A stretch of DNA of 64,000 nt. Origin: Acidimicrobiales bacterium. GTDB taxonomy: Bacteria > Actinomycetota > Acidimicrobiia > Acidimicrobiales > SZUA-35. The notes under the pieces were generated by a model that was not told the origin of the DNA, ran no database searches, and saw nothing but the letters and a program-made list of their open reading frames with translations. A program made the translations under genes and the position numbers. Location of the stretch: positions 276 through 64,275 of the forward strand of contig JBOEHD010000029.1 in assembly GCA_050633745.1 (NCBI GenBank), written 5' to 3'. Positions 54,257 to 62,789 of the stretch are shown here, piece by piece; the stretch's first letter is position 1; every line of letters begins with the position of its first letter.

Positions 54257-54733
54257 TTACTTATCTCGTCGTATCTCAACCACGTCGGGGTTGAATTTGA
54301 CTGCTAGATGATCGAGTTCGAGTTCTACATTGCGCTGAAGCCATCGCTTGAGCAACCGGCTGACTGGCCACTGCAGCAGCCCCTTGGCCTCAGCCTGATA
54401 GCTGCTGGCGACAAGGGTTCCTTCATCGAGGATCTCGGCGCGAATCTCGCCTCGGAGCTCGAAGAAACGGCTGGTCAAGCGCCCACCGGTCTGCCGGAAA
54501 GTGATCGACTTCCAGCGGTCCAGGTGAACGTCCAACCGCAACTTCGGGCGCAGCGGTCCGCAAATTTTGACGCGAACTAGGAGCCCGAAGTCACCGCCGG
54601 CGGTCGACGGTAGACACTCATAGACTTTGATGATCTTGCGATCTATTTGTAGGTAGCTCTCTAAGTCGAGACAGAACTCGAGAACTTCTCGCGGTTCAGC
54701 ATCGACCGCCCGAGCCGCCTCTGCATGCACCAT
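54257..54733 (-). CDS. SRPBCC/START-fold protein (polyketide-cyclase-like lipid-binding fold)
   Basis: 158 aa. The size and the alternating beta-like pattern fit, and it is the first gene of the KS-PKS operon. The assignment rests on general resemblance only. Confidence 0.45.
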   Translation of the reverse strand: MVHAEAARAVDAEPREVLEFCLDLESYLQIDRKIIKVYECLPSTAGGDFGLLVRVKICGPLRPKLRLDVHLDRWKSITFRQTGGRLTSRFFELRGEIRAEILDEGTLVASSYQAEAKGLLQWPVSRLLKRWLQRNVELELDHLAVKFNPDVVEIRRDK

Positions 54734-55150
54734 CTTGCGCGCGCGATCTGACGGGTAGTCGGTAGTTATAGGTTTGGGGGGTTATTCCTGGAGGGGATAT
54801 TGCGGTAGTTGGGAGGGGTAGAGAGTTGGTAGTCCTGTATTCCGGCAAGCGAGTTTGGTAATAAACGCGTGCATGACAAATGAGAAGCTCGGCCCATATT
54901 CGCTCGGTAGATTTAGCGCCATCTGGCACGGGCCGCCTTATACACAGAAGCAATCGTGGAAGAGGTGCCACGGGATACGGCTTTGGGAATATTTGCCCAC
55001 AATTTCCCCGCAACCACCTGGGCAGCTGCTCTGCCAGCAACACAGGCTGGAACTACCGGGTGAAGTTGCTCCAACCCGGTGAAAGGTGTGAAAGATCTGT
55101 AAGATTTCCACAGGGGGAACGGCGGTGTTGTTTCAGGATGGGAGTCCCCA

Positions 55151-55744
55151 GTGGGAATTCGGCGGAAAAGGCAGTCCGCTAACAGGCGGCCCTTGTTAGC
55201 TGGCACCATTGATGGAGCGCGTCGGGGCGATCAGGAATCGTTGGAGCTGCTCTACCGAAACCATGTGGGCATGGTCTACGGCTACCTCCGAGCATGCGGC
55301 ATCGCCGACGCCGAGGATCTGACTTCTGAAGTATTCGTGGGGGTTCTGAAAGGTCTGCCGTCATTCGTTGGCGGACCAAACGAGTTTCGCACCTGGTTGA
55401 TGACCATCGCCTACCGCCGGATGGTCGACTACCGGCGCCACAAGAGCACAGACAAGACGGTGGTGCAGCAAGCGGTGGAGGTTGCCGAGCTCACTCCCGA
55501 CGACCTCAGCGACCCCTTCGCAGTGGAGATCGACCCCCGCCTGATCGCTGCCTTCTCCACTCTTACTACAGCGCAACGAGAAGTCGTCGCTCTCCGATTC
55601 GTGGCCGACCTCGGGTTGGACCGTGTCGCTCAGATCACGAATCGTCCGGTCGGAGCAGTGAAGAGTCTGCAGCATCGTGGCTTAAGCACACTGCGTAGCG
55701 CTCTTTCAGACCTCGGTGTCACCAGCGAGGTCCTGATCCGATGA
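55151..55744 (+). CDS. ECF sigma-70 family sigma factor, copy 2 (paralog of 37522-38112)
   Basis: 197 aa. DLTSEVFVGVLKGL..F.G....FRTWLMTIAYRRMVDYRRH and LTTAQREVVALRFVADLGLDRVAQITNRPVGAVKSLQHRGL align residue for residue with copy 1. Confidence 0.9.
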   Translation: MGIRRKRQSANRRPLLAGTIDGARRGDQESLELLYRNHVGMVYGYLRACGIADAEDLTSEVFVGVLKGLPSFVGGPNEFRTWLMTIAYRRMVDYRRHKSTDKTVVQQAVEVAELTPDDLSDPFAVEIDPRLIAAFSTLTTAQREVVALRFVADLGLDRVAQITNRPVGAVKSLQHRGLSTLRSALSDLGVTSEVLIR

Positions 55745-56736
55745 GGCCTACTGGAGAAAGTCTGGGCGAGCCGTACGACGTCGACGAACTTTGGCCAGAC
55801 GAGGCCGAACTCGGATCGATGCTGCGGAGCTATTACCGCAAACACCCAAGTCCCGAGGTAATGGCCCAACACCTTTTTGAACTTCGCCAGGTCGCCGAAG
55901 CGGAGAAGGCATCAAAGGCGGGCGCACGATGGGTTCGCACCGCCCTGATCGCCGGCGCCGCCGCTTGTCTGCTTCTTGCCGCATTTATCGCCATCGGACC
56001 GGCCCGCTCTCGCACCGAGGCCAACCTCGACACCGATCCGGCGGATACGTCGATGGCCGAGCGGGAGCAAGACGTCATCGTCCCGACGCCCTCGACCGCT
56101 GCCCAGGGCCTGAGCGGCGATGAACAGGGCCCTGTTGTCACCGGCCGCATCGTGTCTGAGGCACCGGCCACAACGCCCGACTCCCCCGCACCCTCAACAC
56201 CGACGACGCTAGCGACCGTTTCGACAACCCGAGCACCCGAGTCCGTTCCGGCCTCAGTCCCTGCTGCGGCTAGCCAGACATCGGAGGCAGGTGAGCTATC
56301 GGCAGCGCCTGCTGGCCCCACGTCCAGTCCGCAGTCCACGGCGATGCCGGTCTCGTCGACCACGAAGCCCGCTAACCCGACCGCGGGGCAACAGGCCGCC
56401 AGTGGCCAACCATCGACGACGGTTGCAACACCCAAACCTCCAACGACGCTCCAGGCGAGCACTCAACCGGTCTTGACCCGGCTCCCAGCAACGCCGACAA
56501 GCCAACCGGTGACAAGCCAGCCACCGACGACTGCGGCCACGACAACTACCCGACTGACGACCACGGCGGCCCCAACGACCACCGCTCCGCCGACTACTAC
56601 TACTACACCGCCGACCACTACACCGCCGACGACACCGCCACCGACGACGAGCCCTCCCACAACCAGTCCTCCGACGACGCGGCCACCGTTGATCTGCACG
56701 TTGCCGATCATCGGCAACATACTCTGCTTCTTCTAG
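55741..56736 (+). CDS. Single-pass membrane protein in the anti-sigma position, with a long Pro/Thr-rich extracytoplasmic tail
   Basis: ATGA overlap with the sigma stop. The N-terminal part has the PSPEVMAQHLFEL motif shared with 38112-39374. The TM segment is ALIAGAAACLLLAAFIAIG. The rest is low-complexity S/T/P/A ending in TTPPTTTPPTTPPPTTSPPTTSPPTTRPP and a hydrophobic tail, LICTLPIIGNILCFF. Confidence 0.7.
   Translation: MRPTGESLGEPYDVDELWPDEAELGSMLRSYYRKHPSPEVMAQHLFELRQVAEAEKASKAGARWVRTALIAGAAACLLLAAFIAIGPARSRTEANLDTDPADTSMAEREQDVIVPTPSTAAQGLSGDEQGPVVTGRIVSEAPATTPDSPAPSTPTTLATVSTTRAPESVPASVPAAASQTSEAGELSAAPAGPTSSPQSTAMPVSSTTKPANPTAGQQAASGQPSTTVATPKPPTTLQASTQPVLTRLPATPTSQPVTSQPPTTAATTTTRLTTTAAPTTTAPPTTTTTPPTTTPPTTPPPTTSPPTTSPPTTRPPLICTLPIIGNILCFF
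56512..56690 (+). repeat. Low-complexity coding repeat (Pro/Thr-rich, PTT-type)
   Basis: Translation: ...PPTTAATTTTRLTTTAAPTTTAPPTTTTTPPTTTPPTTPPPTTSPPTTSPPTTRPP. It produces a spurious Gly/Val ORF on the opposite strand. Confidence 0.9.
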
Positions 56737-56986
56737 CCGTACCTTCTAGCCGCAGCTGCTAGCCATGTCTACTCGCCGCATCTGCTCGCCACGCTTCTTG
56801 GCACCACGTTGTCGCTGGGCGGTCTGGGTCGGGAGACCCTAACCGCAGCTCACGGGCTGAGCCCTCCGGCTCATTAACTGCGCACCCTTAGCGTCCGTAG
56901 AAGAGGGTTGCATCGGTTCAGATCTTCATATTCTGATGCACAGCCGGCCAGCCAGGCCGACGTTTTGCCGCTGGAGTGCCGACCAA

Positions 56987-59572
56987 ATGACACGACATGT
57001 CGCTCGGATAGTCATCGGGACGTTGCTGTGGTTCACCTCTCTGACGCTGGCTTCGACCAACGAGAGTCCTCCAACCGAAACGGCTGAGCCACCCACCACA
57101 TTTGTGGCGATCGAGTCGTACGAGGACTATCAGCGGCGCGACGGTCGCTACTTCATGGGTTGGCAATTCACCGTTGATTCGGCGAAGACCATCTCGCAGC
57201 TCGGCGCCCACGACGCCAACCGGAACGGCAAACTCGACAACGTCGGCCCCACATCGGTGGCGCTCTACGACAACGACTCGAAAGAACTCCTGGCCGAAGC
57301 AGAGATCCCCGAGCGGACCGAAGTCGAAGACGGCTTTGCTTACGTTGCCCTCACCCGCCCGGTCACCGTTGTGCCGGGACGAACCTACATCGTGGCGTCA
57401 GAGATCTCCGGCGAACCGTATGCCTATGGCGGCTCGATCACCTACGGCGAGGGCATCCACTACGCCGGCTACGCCTACAAGATCGATTCCGTGCCAGCCT
57501 TACCCCTGCTCCAGGGCGCTGCGGGCAACAACTACTACGGAGCAACGTTTCGAGTCGACGCAATCACCACTCCGATCATCGATAACCCCGGACCACAAAC
57601 ATCACCGATCGATACCGAGTTGACCCTCGACCTAGTGATCAATGGACCGGATGACGGCGCTCTCACCTGGGCGGCCGATGGCCTACCTCCCGGCCTGTCC
57701 ATCGCCCCCGAAACCGGTCAGATAACCGGCGTGGTCGACGCGGCAGGCACCGCCAGCGTGACCGTGACAGTCACCGCCGAAGAGGGGCCGAGCAGCGATA
57801 TCGCGTTCATCTGGACCGTGCTCGATTCTGAGTCGCCGACCGTCGAGAGCATCGAAAGAAAGCTGCTGCTTCAAGGGGCCGCAGCCTCGATTCAGGTCGT
57901 GGCGGAAGACGCAGACGGGGCACTGCGCTTTACTGCCACCGGGCTACCGGAGGGCATAACGATCGACGCCGACACCGGGCTCATCGATGGCAGAGCCGTC
58001 GCCCCCGGTACCCACTCGATCACCGTGACCGCAACCGACACCCTTGGACTCAGCGCAAGTGAGACGTTTGAGCTGGCAATCATCGCCGTCGAGCAGTCAC
58101 CAGCGATCGAGTCATACGGCCGCTACAGCCTCGGATCGGGAAACTACTTTATGGGGTGGCAGTTCACCGTCGACGAGGAACAAACCATCTCACAGCTCGG
58201 AGCCCATGACAGCAACCGAGATGGGAACGTTGACAACATGGGCTCCACCGTGGTCGCCCTGTTCCAGCTCGACACCGAAGAGCTACTTGGCACTACGGAG
58301 ATCCCCCGGTTCACCGAGGTGGAAGACGGGTTCGCCTACGCCGGTTTGGAAGACCCGGTCGTGGTGCAACCAGGCATCACCTACTTCGTGGCTGCCGAAG
58401 TCTCCGGCGAGGCCTACGCCTTCGGGGGCGACGCCAGCTTTGGCGAGGGTATCAACTACGTCGGCTCCGTCTACAAGATCGGGTCGGAGCTCGGCTGGCC
58501 CACTCGCTTCGGCACCGAGGACACCAACTATTACGCCGCCACATTCCGGGTACAGACGATGCCAAAGCCCACCCCGCTCGATCCGGGGAATCAGGCCTCA
58601 CCGTTAGGCGAACCGGTAACACTCGATCTGGTAGTCAACGTGCCAGACGGCGGCCGCTCGACCTGGAGCGCCTCCGGACTACCCAGCGGCCTAGCTATCG
58701 ATGCCGACACCGGCCAGATCACCGGGACGCCGGACACCATCGGTGCGAGCACGGTGACCGCAGCCATCACAAACGAGCTTGGTTTTTCGGGCCAGATCGA
58801 GTTCAGCTGGGCCGTCCTCGGTCAGTCCGGACCGACGCTTGTACCGATTGGGGACGTAACCGTCGTCGAGACAGACCCGGTTTCGATCCAGGTTCTATCC
58901 GATGTCGTCGGCCCGGCCGACTACATCGTCGATGGCCTTCCGCCGGGGCTTTCAATCGACGGCACCACCGGTTTGATTACCGGCCTCGCCGAGCCCGATG
59001 GTGTTTACGACATCACGGTCAACATCACCGATGGACTCGACCGATCCGACTCGATCGGCTTCCAGCTGACGGTATTGAACTGGGGGGCCACTCCCGCTGT
59101 GACCTCCTACAGCAACTACCTTTCACGGACCGGCGACTTCTTTATGGGATGGCAGTTCAGCGTTGACGAGACCATGACCATCAGCGCCCTCGGAGTTCAC
59201 GACTCCAATCGCGATGGCAAGATCACCAACGCCGGTGGAACCACGGTTGGTCTCTACAACAAGACGACCGGACGACCGGTCGCCAGCGTCGAAATCCCGA
59301 ATGGCACACCGGTCGAGGATGGATTCGCCTACGGCACGCTCAGCGAACCGATGGTGGTCGAACCGGGTACTACCTACATCGTGGCAGCTGAGATATCTGG
59401 AGAGCCATACTCCTTCAGCGGCCACATCGACTACGCCACCGGCGTCAACTACGAGGGTTACGCCTACCGCTCTGGGTCCGAACCTGGCTGGCCTGGCTAT
59501 CAAGGCACATCAGGCCCCTACTATTTCGGCGCCACATTCCGAACTACAGCACCTCGCCCCACAATCCCCTAG
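56987..59572 (+). CDS. Secreted multi-domain protein: three copies of a domain of about 150 aa interleaved with Ig-like (PPGLSI...TGxITG) domains
   Basis: The signal-like N-terminus from ATG 56987 is MTRHVARIVIGTLLWFTSLTLAST. The architecture is D-Ig-Ig-D-Ig-Ig-D. The ORF opens at 56936. Confidence 0.8.
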   Translation: MTRHVARIVIGTLLWFTSLTLASTNESPPTETAEPPTTFVAIESYEDYQRRDGRYFMGWQFTVDSAKTISQLGAHDANRNGKLDNVGPTSVALYDNDSKELLAEAEIPERTEVEDGFAYVALTRPVTVVPGRTYIVASEISGEPYAYGGSITYGEGIHYAGYAYKIDSVPALPLLQGAAGNNYYGATFRVDAITTPIIDNPGPQTSPIDTELTLDLVINGPDDGALTWAADGLPPGLSIAPETGQITGVVDAAGTASVTVTVTAEEGPSSDIAFIWTVLDSESPTVESIERKLLLQGAAASIQVVAEDADGALRFTATGLPEGITIDADTGLIDGRAVAPGTHSITVTATDTLGLSASETFELAIIAVEQSPAIESYGRYSLGSGNYFMGWQFTVDEEQTISQLGAHDSNRDGNVDNMGSTVVALFQLDTEELLGTTEIPRFTEVEDGFAYAGLEDPVVVQPGITYFVAAEVSGEAYAFGGDASFGEGINYVGSVYKIGSELGWPTRFGTEDTNYYAATFRVQTMPKPTPLDPGNQASPLGEPVTLDLVVNVPDGGRSTWSASGLPSGLAIDADTGQITGTPDTIGASTVTAAITNELGFSGQIEFSWAVLGQSGPTLVPIGDVTVVETDPVSIQVLSDVVGPADYIVDGLPPGLSIDGTTGLITGLAEPDGVYDITVNITDGLDRSDSIGFQLTVLNWGATPAVTSYSNYLSRTGDFFMGWQFSVDETMTISALGVHDSNRDGKITNAGGTTVGLYNKTTGRPVASVEIPNGTPVEDGFAYGTLSEPMVVEPGTTYIVAAEISGEPYSFSGHIDYATGVNYEGYAYRSGSEPGWPGYQGTSGPYYFGATFRTTAPRPTIP
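57101..59545 (+). repeat. Three diverged copies of a coding repeat of about 450 nt (about 57101-57558, 58098-58552, 59091-59545)
   Basis: Each copy translates to ...SY..Y.....(Y/F)FMGWQF(T/S)VD...TIS.LG.HD.NR(N/D)GK..N.G.T.V.L(Y/F)......L....IP....VEDGFAY..L..P(V/M)(T/V)V.PG.TY(I/F)VA.E(I/V)SGE.Y.(Y/F).G...(Y/F)..G(I/V).Y.G..Y(K/R).(D/G)S.....YY.ATFR. Confidence 0.85.
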
Positions 59573-59588
59573 GCCTGCTCACGCCTGC

Positions 59589-60071
59589 TCAAGCTTGGGC
59601 TGCCTGCTTAGGCCATGACCATGCGTAGTAGAAGATCATGCCGAGCAGACCAACTTCGAGAATGCTGCCGAGGATGAAGTAGTACCACTCGCCTATCGCC
59701 GACGGCACGATCGTCAGCACATACAGCACGCTGATGATCATGTTCGACATCCTGGCGATCCGGGGCCTGAGCACGACGGTGAGAAACACCATCAGGCTGG
59801 CCACGGTTATGTAGCCGGTGGCAAACAGCAGGAAGGCCTCGTTAACGGTGAAGACCGAAATCTTGTCTTCGGCAAGGTCGGCCCTGAAGTCCGGCCGGTA
59901 GAGGGCGAAGAGATCGACGTAGGCGAAGATAAATAGCATCGCCGCCCACAGCGCCGAGATCTTGACCCTTACGTTCACGGTGCAGTCCGCGAGCTGCCCC
60001 TGGCCTGAATCTTGGGTTGTCGTATGAGTAGTCATGTCCATCAACCTAGACCGATCGCGCTCATAACGCAA
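59589..60071 (-). CDS. Small four-TM membrane protein, divergent from a TetR gene
   Basis: 160-aa ORF. The real start is probably ATG 60041 (MDMTTH...). The hydrophobic core is VKISALWAAMLFIFAYVDLFALY... It may be DUF6326-like, from recollection only. Confidence 0.6.
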   Translation of the reverse strand: MRYERDRSRLMDMTTHTTTQDSGQGQLADCTVNVRVKISALWAAMLFIFAYVDLFALYRPDFRADLAEDKISVFTVNEAFLLFATGYITVASLMVFLTVVLRPRIARMSNMIISVLYVLTIVPSAIGEWYYFILGSILEVGLLGMIFYYAWSWPKQAAQA

Positions 60072-60088
60072 CGCTCCGTAGCGTTATG
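60062..60088. promoter_or_regulatory. Palindromic operator candidate CATAACGC-AACGCTCCGTA-GCGTTATG (core AACGCT-CCGT-AGCGTT)
   Basis: The outer arms are perfect over 8 bp and the core palindrome spans 60070-60085. It lies just upstream of the membrane-protein gene. Confidence 0.55.
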
Positions 60089-60178
60089 AGACCTTCCGGC
60101 TTCCCCTGATTTCTTCCGAAAATCCCTCTGCCTTCAACTAAAGATGGCATTGATGAGCCCTGGGAATGGATTGGCGGT

Positions 60179-60196
60179 ACGCTTCGTAGCGTTATG
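60179..60196. promoter_or_regulatory. Second copy of the same operator (ACGCT-TCGT-AGCGTTATG), overlapping the TetR start codon
   Basis: It is near-identical to 60071-60088. Its terminal ATG (60194-60196) is the TetR start codon. Confidence 0.55.
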
Positions 60197-60763
60197 GCAC
60201 GACCTCCCAGCCAAGCGGCCAGAGCAAAAATGCTCCGGGCCACAGCCGAGATCCTCTTCGAGGAAGGCATCGGCGCGGTGTCGGTTGAGGCGGTGGCTCG
60301 GCGGTCAGGCATCGCCAAAACAACGCTCTATCGCCACTTTGGGGGTGTTGATGGTCTGGTCTTTGGCACCATCGCCGCTGGCGTGACCGAGAAGCAGGCG
60401 CCCGACACCGGTTCGCTCAGCGGCGACCTGCGAGAAATCGGGCGCAACTATCTGGCGGTCGCCAGCACCGCCAAAAGCCGCGAGCTATTCGCCTGGATGA
60501 CCACCCGAGCGATTCAAAGTCCTGAGGCCGCAGCGCTATTCAAGGAAGCCCGTGTGCAGCCCCAGGGTCCAACCGTGCTGGCGCTGCAGCGAGCGATCGG
60601 GCGCGGCGAGCTGCCACCGACCATCAACATCGAGTTGGCCATGCACATCATCCAGGGACCGCTCATCTCGAAACGCATCGTCGACAACTCCGAAATGACC
60701 GATGCCGAGTTCGAGGCCGTGCTCGAGATGACCGTTCGAGCGCTCGGCGCCACTGAGGTTTAG
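60194..60763 (+). CDS. TetR-family transcriptional regulator
   Basis: 189 aa. The HTH reads VSVEAVARRSGIAKTTLYRHFGGVDGL. Confidence 0.85.
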   Translation: MARPPSQAARAKMLRATAEILFEEGIGAVSVEAVARRSGIAKTTLYRHFGGVDGLVFGTIAAGVTEKQAPDTGSLSGDLREIGRNYLAVASTAKSRELFAWMTTRAIQSPEAAALFKEARVQPQGPTVLALQRAIGRGELPPTINIELAMHIIQGPLISKRIVDNSEMTDAEFEAVLEMTVRALGATEV

Positions 60764-62193
60764 ATCTCGATGACGGTTTCGGCGGTGCCGTCGGAGGCGG
60801 TCGCGACCACCCGCAGGCGCTGCGATTTCAGATCAGCATCGAGTCGACACGACGAACCTTCGAGGGTCCAGGCCAGTGTCAGCTCGGAATCGCTGCCACT
60901 AACTTCGAGGGTGCCGTTGAACGCGGGGTGGGTGTTTCGTAACTCCATCAACCGAAGCTGAGCCTGCGTCGTCTTGGAACGTAGGGCGACCATCACTTCA
61001 TCAACGCTGTAGTTGTGGCGGTTGACATCGCGTCCATCCAGATCGGGATGGCGCTCGACGGACAACCCGTTTAACAGCCCGACGTAGTAGACCTGTGGCG
61101 TGCCCGGGGCGAACAGCTGAATGGCTCGTGCCATAACCATGGCATCGTCGGAGCCGACGGCGGACCGGTAGGTAATGTTGAGCTGGTGGGCCCTGACCTC
61201 GTCGCCTGCGCTGTCATCGTCGTTCAACAGCACGTTTATGTTGGCGCCGTTGTCGACGCAGAACGTTGTGAGTTCCCGCTGACCTGCGGCGTCGAGAACC
61301 TCGTCGAGGTCGGGACAAACCGGGATGCCGTCGTGGCAGTCGAGCATGGTGACCTGCGTAGTCGGCGCCAGCGACAGGTGCTCTCGAAGCAGGTCGGCAC
61401 GACCGGTGGCGATCGCATGGACCATCAGCCCAGGGAAGGCAAAGTCGTAGCTGAGATAGCCCATCTCCGCTAGTTCACGGTGGGTCGATGCGCCGTCGTG
61501 CACCTCGGTTAGCAGCTCCAAACCAGCGGAACGGGCTAGCTCCTCGAGTGACGTAAGCAGCTCCCAGATCGCCGGCCGATTCATGAAGCAAGCGGTGCCA
61601 GCCGCTTTCGTTAGATACCCGACGGCATCGAGCCGAACGCCGGAGACACCATGCTCAGCCAGAGTTGAGAACCAGCGTCGATAGGCGTCCCAGCTGACCT
61701 GGGATGAGACATCCAGATCGATCTGTTCTGAACCGAAGGTGGTCCACACGGTTTCGTCTTCGCCTGCGGCGGTGGTGTAGGTCGAAAAGGGGTGATCGGG
61801 CTTGCGGAGGAAGATCTTCTCGACGTCCTCATCGCTGACGCCGTTCGGCCAGAACTGCTCGGGGAAGATGAACATGTCGGTGTAGACCGACGCCCTGCCG
61901 TGCTTCAGGAAGTCTTGGAACTCGGTGCTGAGTCGGGATAGGTGGTTCACCATGATGTCGAGCGTCACAGGCACGGTGGAAGCGATCGACGAAATGTCGG
62001 ACCACGTGCCGAAAGATGGCTCGATCTGGTCATAGCCGGTCGGGGCGAAGCCTCGATCACCGGATGACGGGAATGGCGGCAGGATGTGCACCCCACCTGG
62101 TACGTAGTGGGCTATCTCTGCGGCGAGAAGTTTGTCCAGCGAAGCCAGGTCACCACCGAGCGAGTCGGGGTATGTAATAAGTTGAACTGACAC
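60760..62193 (-). CDS. Sucrose-phosphorylase-family glycoside phosphorylase (GH13_18-like; could be a sucrose or glucosylglycerate phosphorylase)
   Basis: 477 aa. VQLITYPDSLGGDL, GVHILPPFP, VRLDAVGYL, GTACFM, MLDCHDGI, FAPGTPQVYYVG and GRDVNRHNYS parallel the Bifidobacterium sucrose phosphorylase blocks. Confidence 0.85.
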   Translation of the reverse strand: MSVQLITYPDSLGGDLASLDKLLAAEIAHYVPGGVHILPPFPSSGDRGFAPTGYDQIEPSFGTWSDISSIASTVPVTLDIMVNHLSRLSTEFQDFLKHGRASVYTDMFIFPEQFWPNGVSDEDVEKIFLRKPDHPFSTYTTAAGEDETVWTTFGSEQIDLDVSSQVSWDAYRRWFSTLAEHGVSGVRLDAVGYLTKAAGTACFMNRPAIWELLTSLEELARSAGLELLTEVHDGASTHRELAEMGYLSYDFAFPGLMVHAIATGRADLLREHLSLAPTTQVTMLDCHDGIPVCPDLDEVLDAAGQRELTTFCVDNGANINVLLNDDDSAGDEVRAHQLNITYRSAVGSDDAMVMARAIQLFAPGTPQVYYVGLLNGLSVERHPDLDGRDVNRHNYSVDEVMVALRSKTTQAQLRLMELRNTHPAFNGTLEVSGSDSELTLAWTLEGSSCRLDADLKSQRLRVVATASDGTAETVIEI

Positions 62194-62354
62194 AACATGA
62201 ACCTCTTACCCTGAAAACGATTGCGGCCGAGCGTACCGGTGTCCATCAAGAACCGGGGCCCGCTCTCCATGACCCGGGCGAAGATGCTCATCGCCTAACT
62301 TCGAATCTGAAGCACCCGGCCCAGTGACGGAAGTTTGCTCAGTGGATTAGCGTA

Positions 62355-62368
62355 TGTAAACGCTTACA
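62355..62368. promoter_or_regulatory. LacI/cre-type operator-like palindrome TGTAAACGCTTACA
   Basis: It fits TGNAANCGNTTNCA, with 6 of 7 positions symmetric. It lies about 160 bp upstream of the phosphorylase start (62193). No LacI-family gene is present in this window. Confidence 0.4.
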
Positions 62369-62789
62369 TTGACTGCAACGTTCGACATCAATCATCCACA
62401 AGAGCGCTCCGTTCGATCGCCCCAAACTGCGGCCGAACGGCGCATACCGACGGATCTTTCCGTTGGCTAGCCTCCGGTGGCTAGCGCCCTCCGGCTTGCT
62501 GCACCCCTTCCCCTCGTGGGCACAGCAAGTCGGTTCCGGCGCGCCTGAGAGGTGGTCAGGATGGTCGAGGCGAGAGCCAGGACGACCCGACCTACCGTTG
62601 GCTACACGTTCGAAACATCGACGAGCGGTGGCACGTCGCGGCTGCGACAACCGACGGCGTGGACGTGAACGGGCTTCAGCGCATGCTCGCTGGTGACATC
62701 AACCACACGCTCGGGCGGTTTCAAGCAACCGGATACTACTATCCGACAGTACGGACCAGACCTACACAAACGGCGATGCTGAACCTGTA

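Noticed and set aside
62339-62696. The 103-aa (minus) and 77-aa (plus) ORFs in the long spacer. I also wondered whether CCTGAGAGGTGGTCAGG marks a TPP riboswitch or SRP-like RNA.
   Set aside because: The ORF translations are not protein-like. The CUGAGA-like string lacks the other conserved TPP elements (no ACCUGA / GGGA context), and the SRP and RNase P signatures are absent. I cannot support an RNA family call without a covariance-model search.
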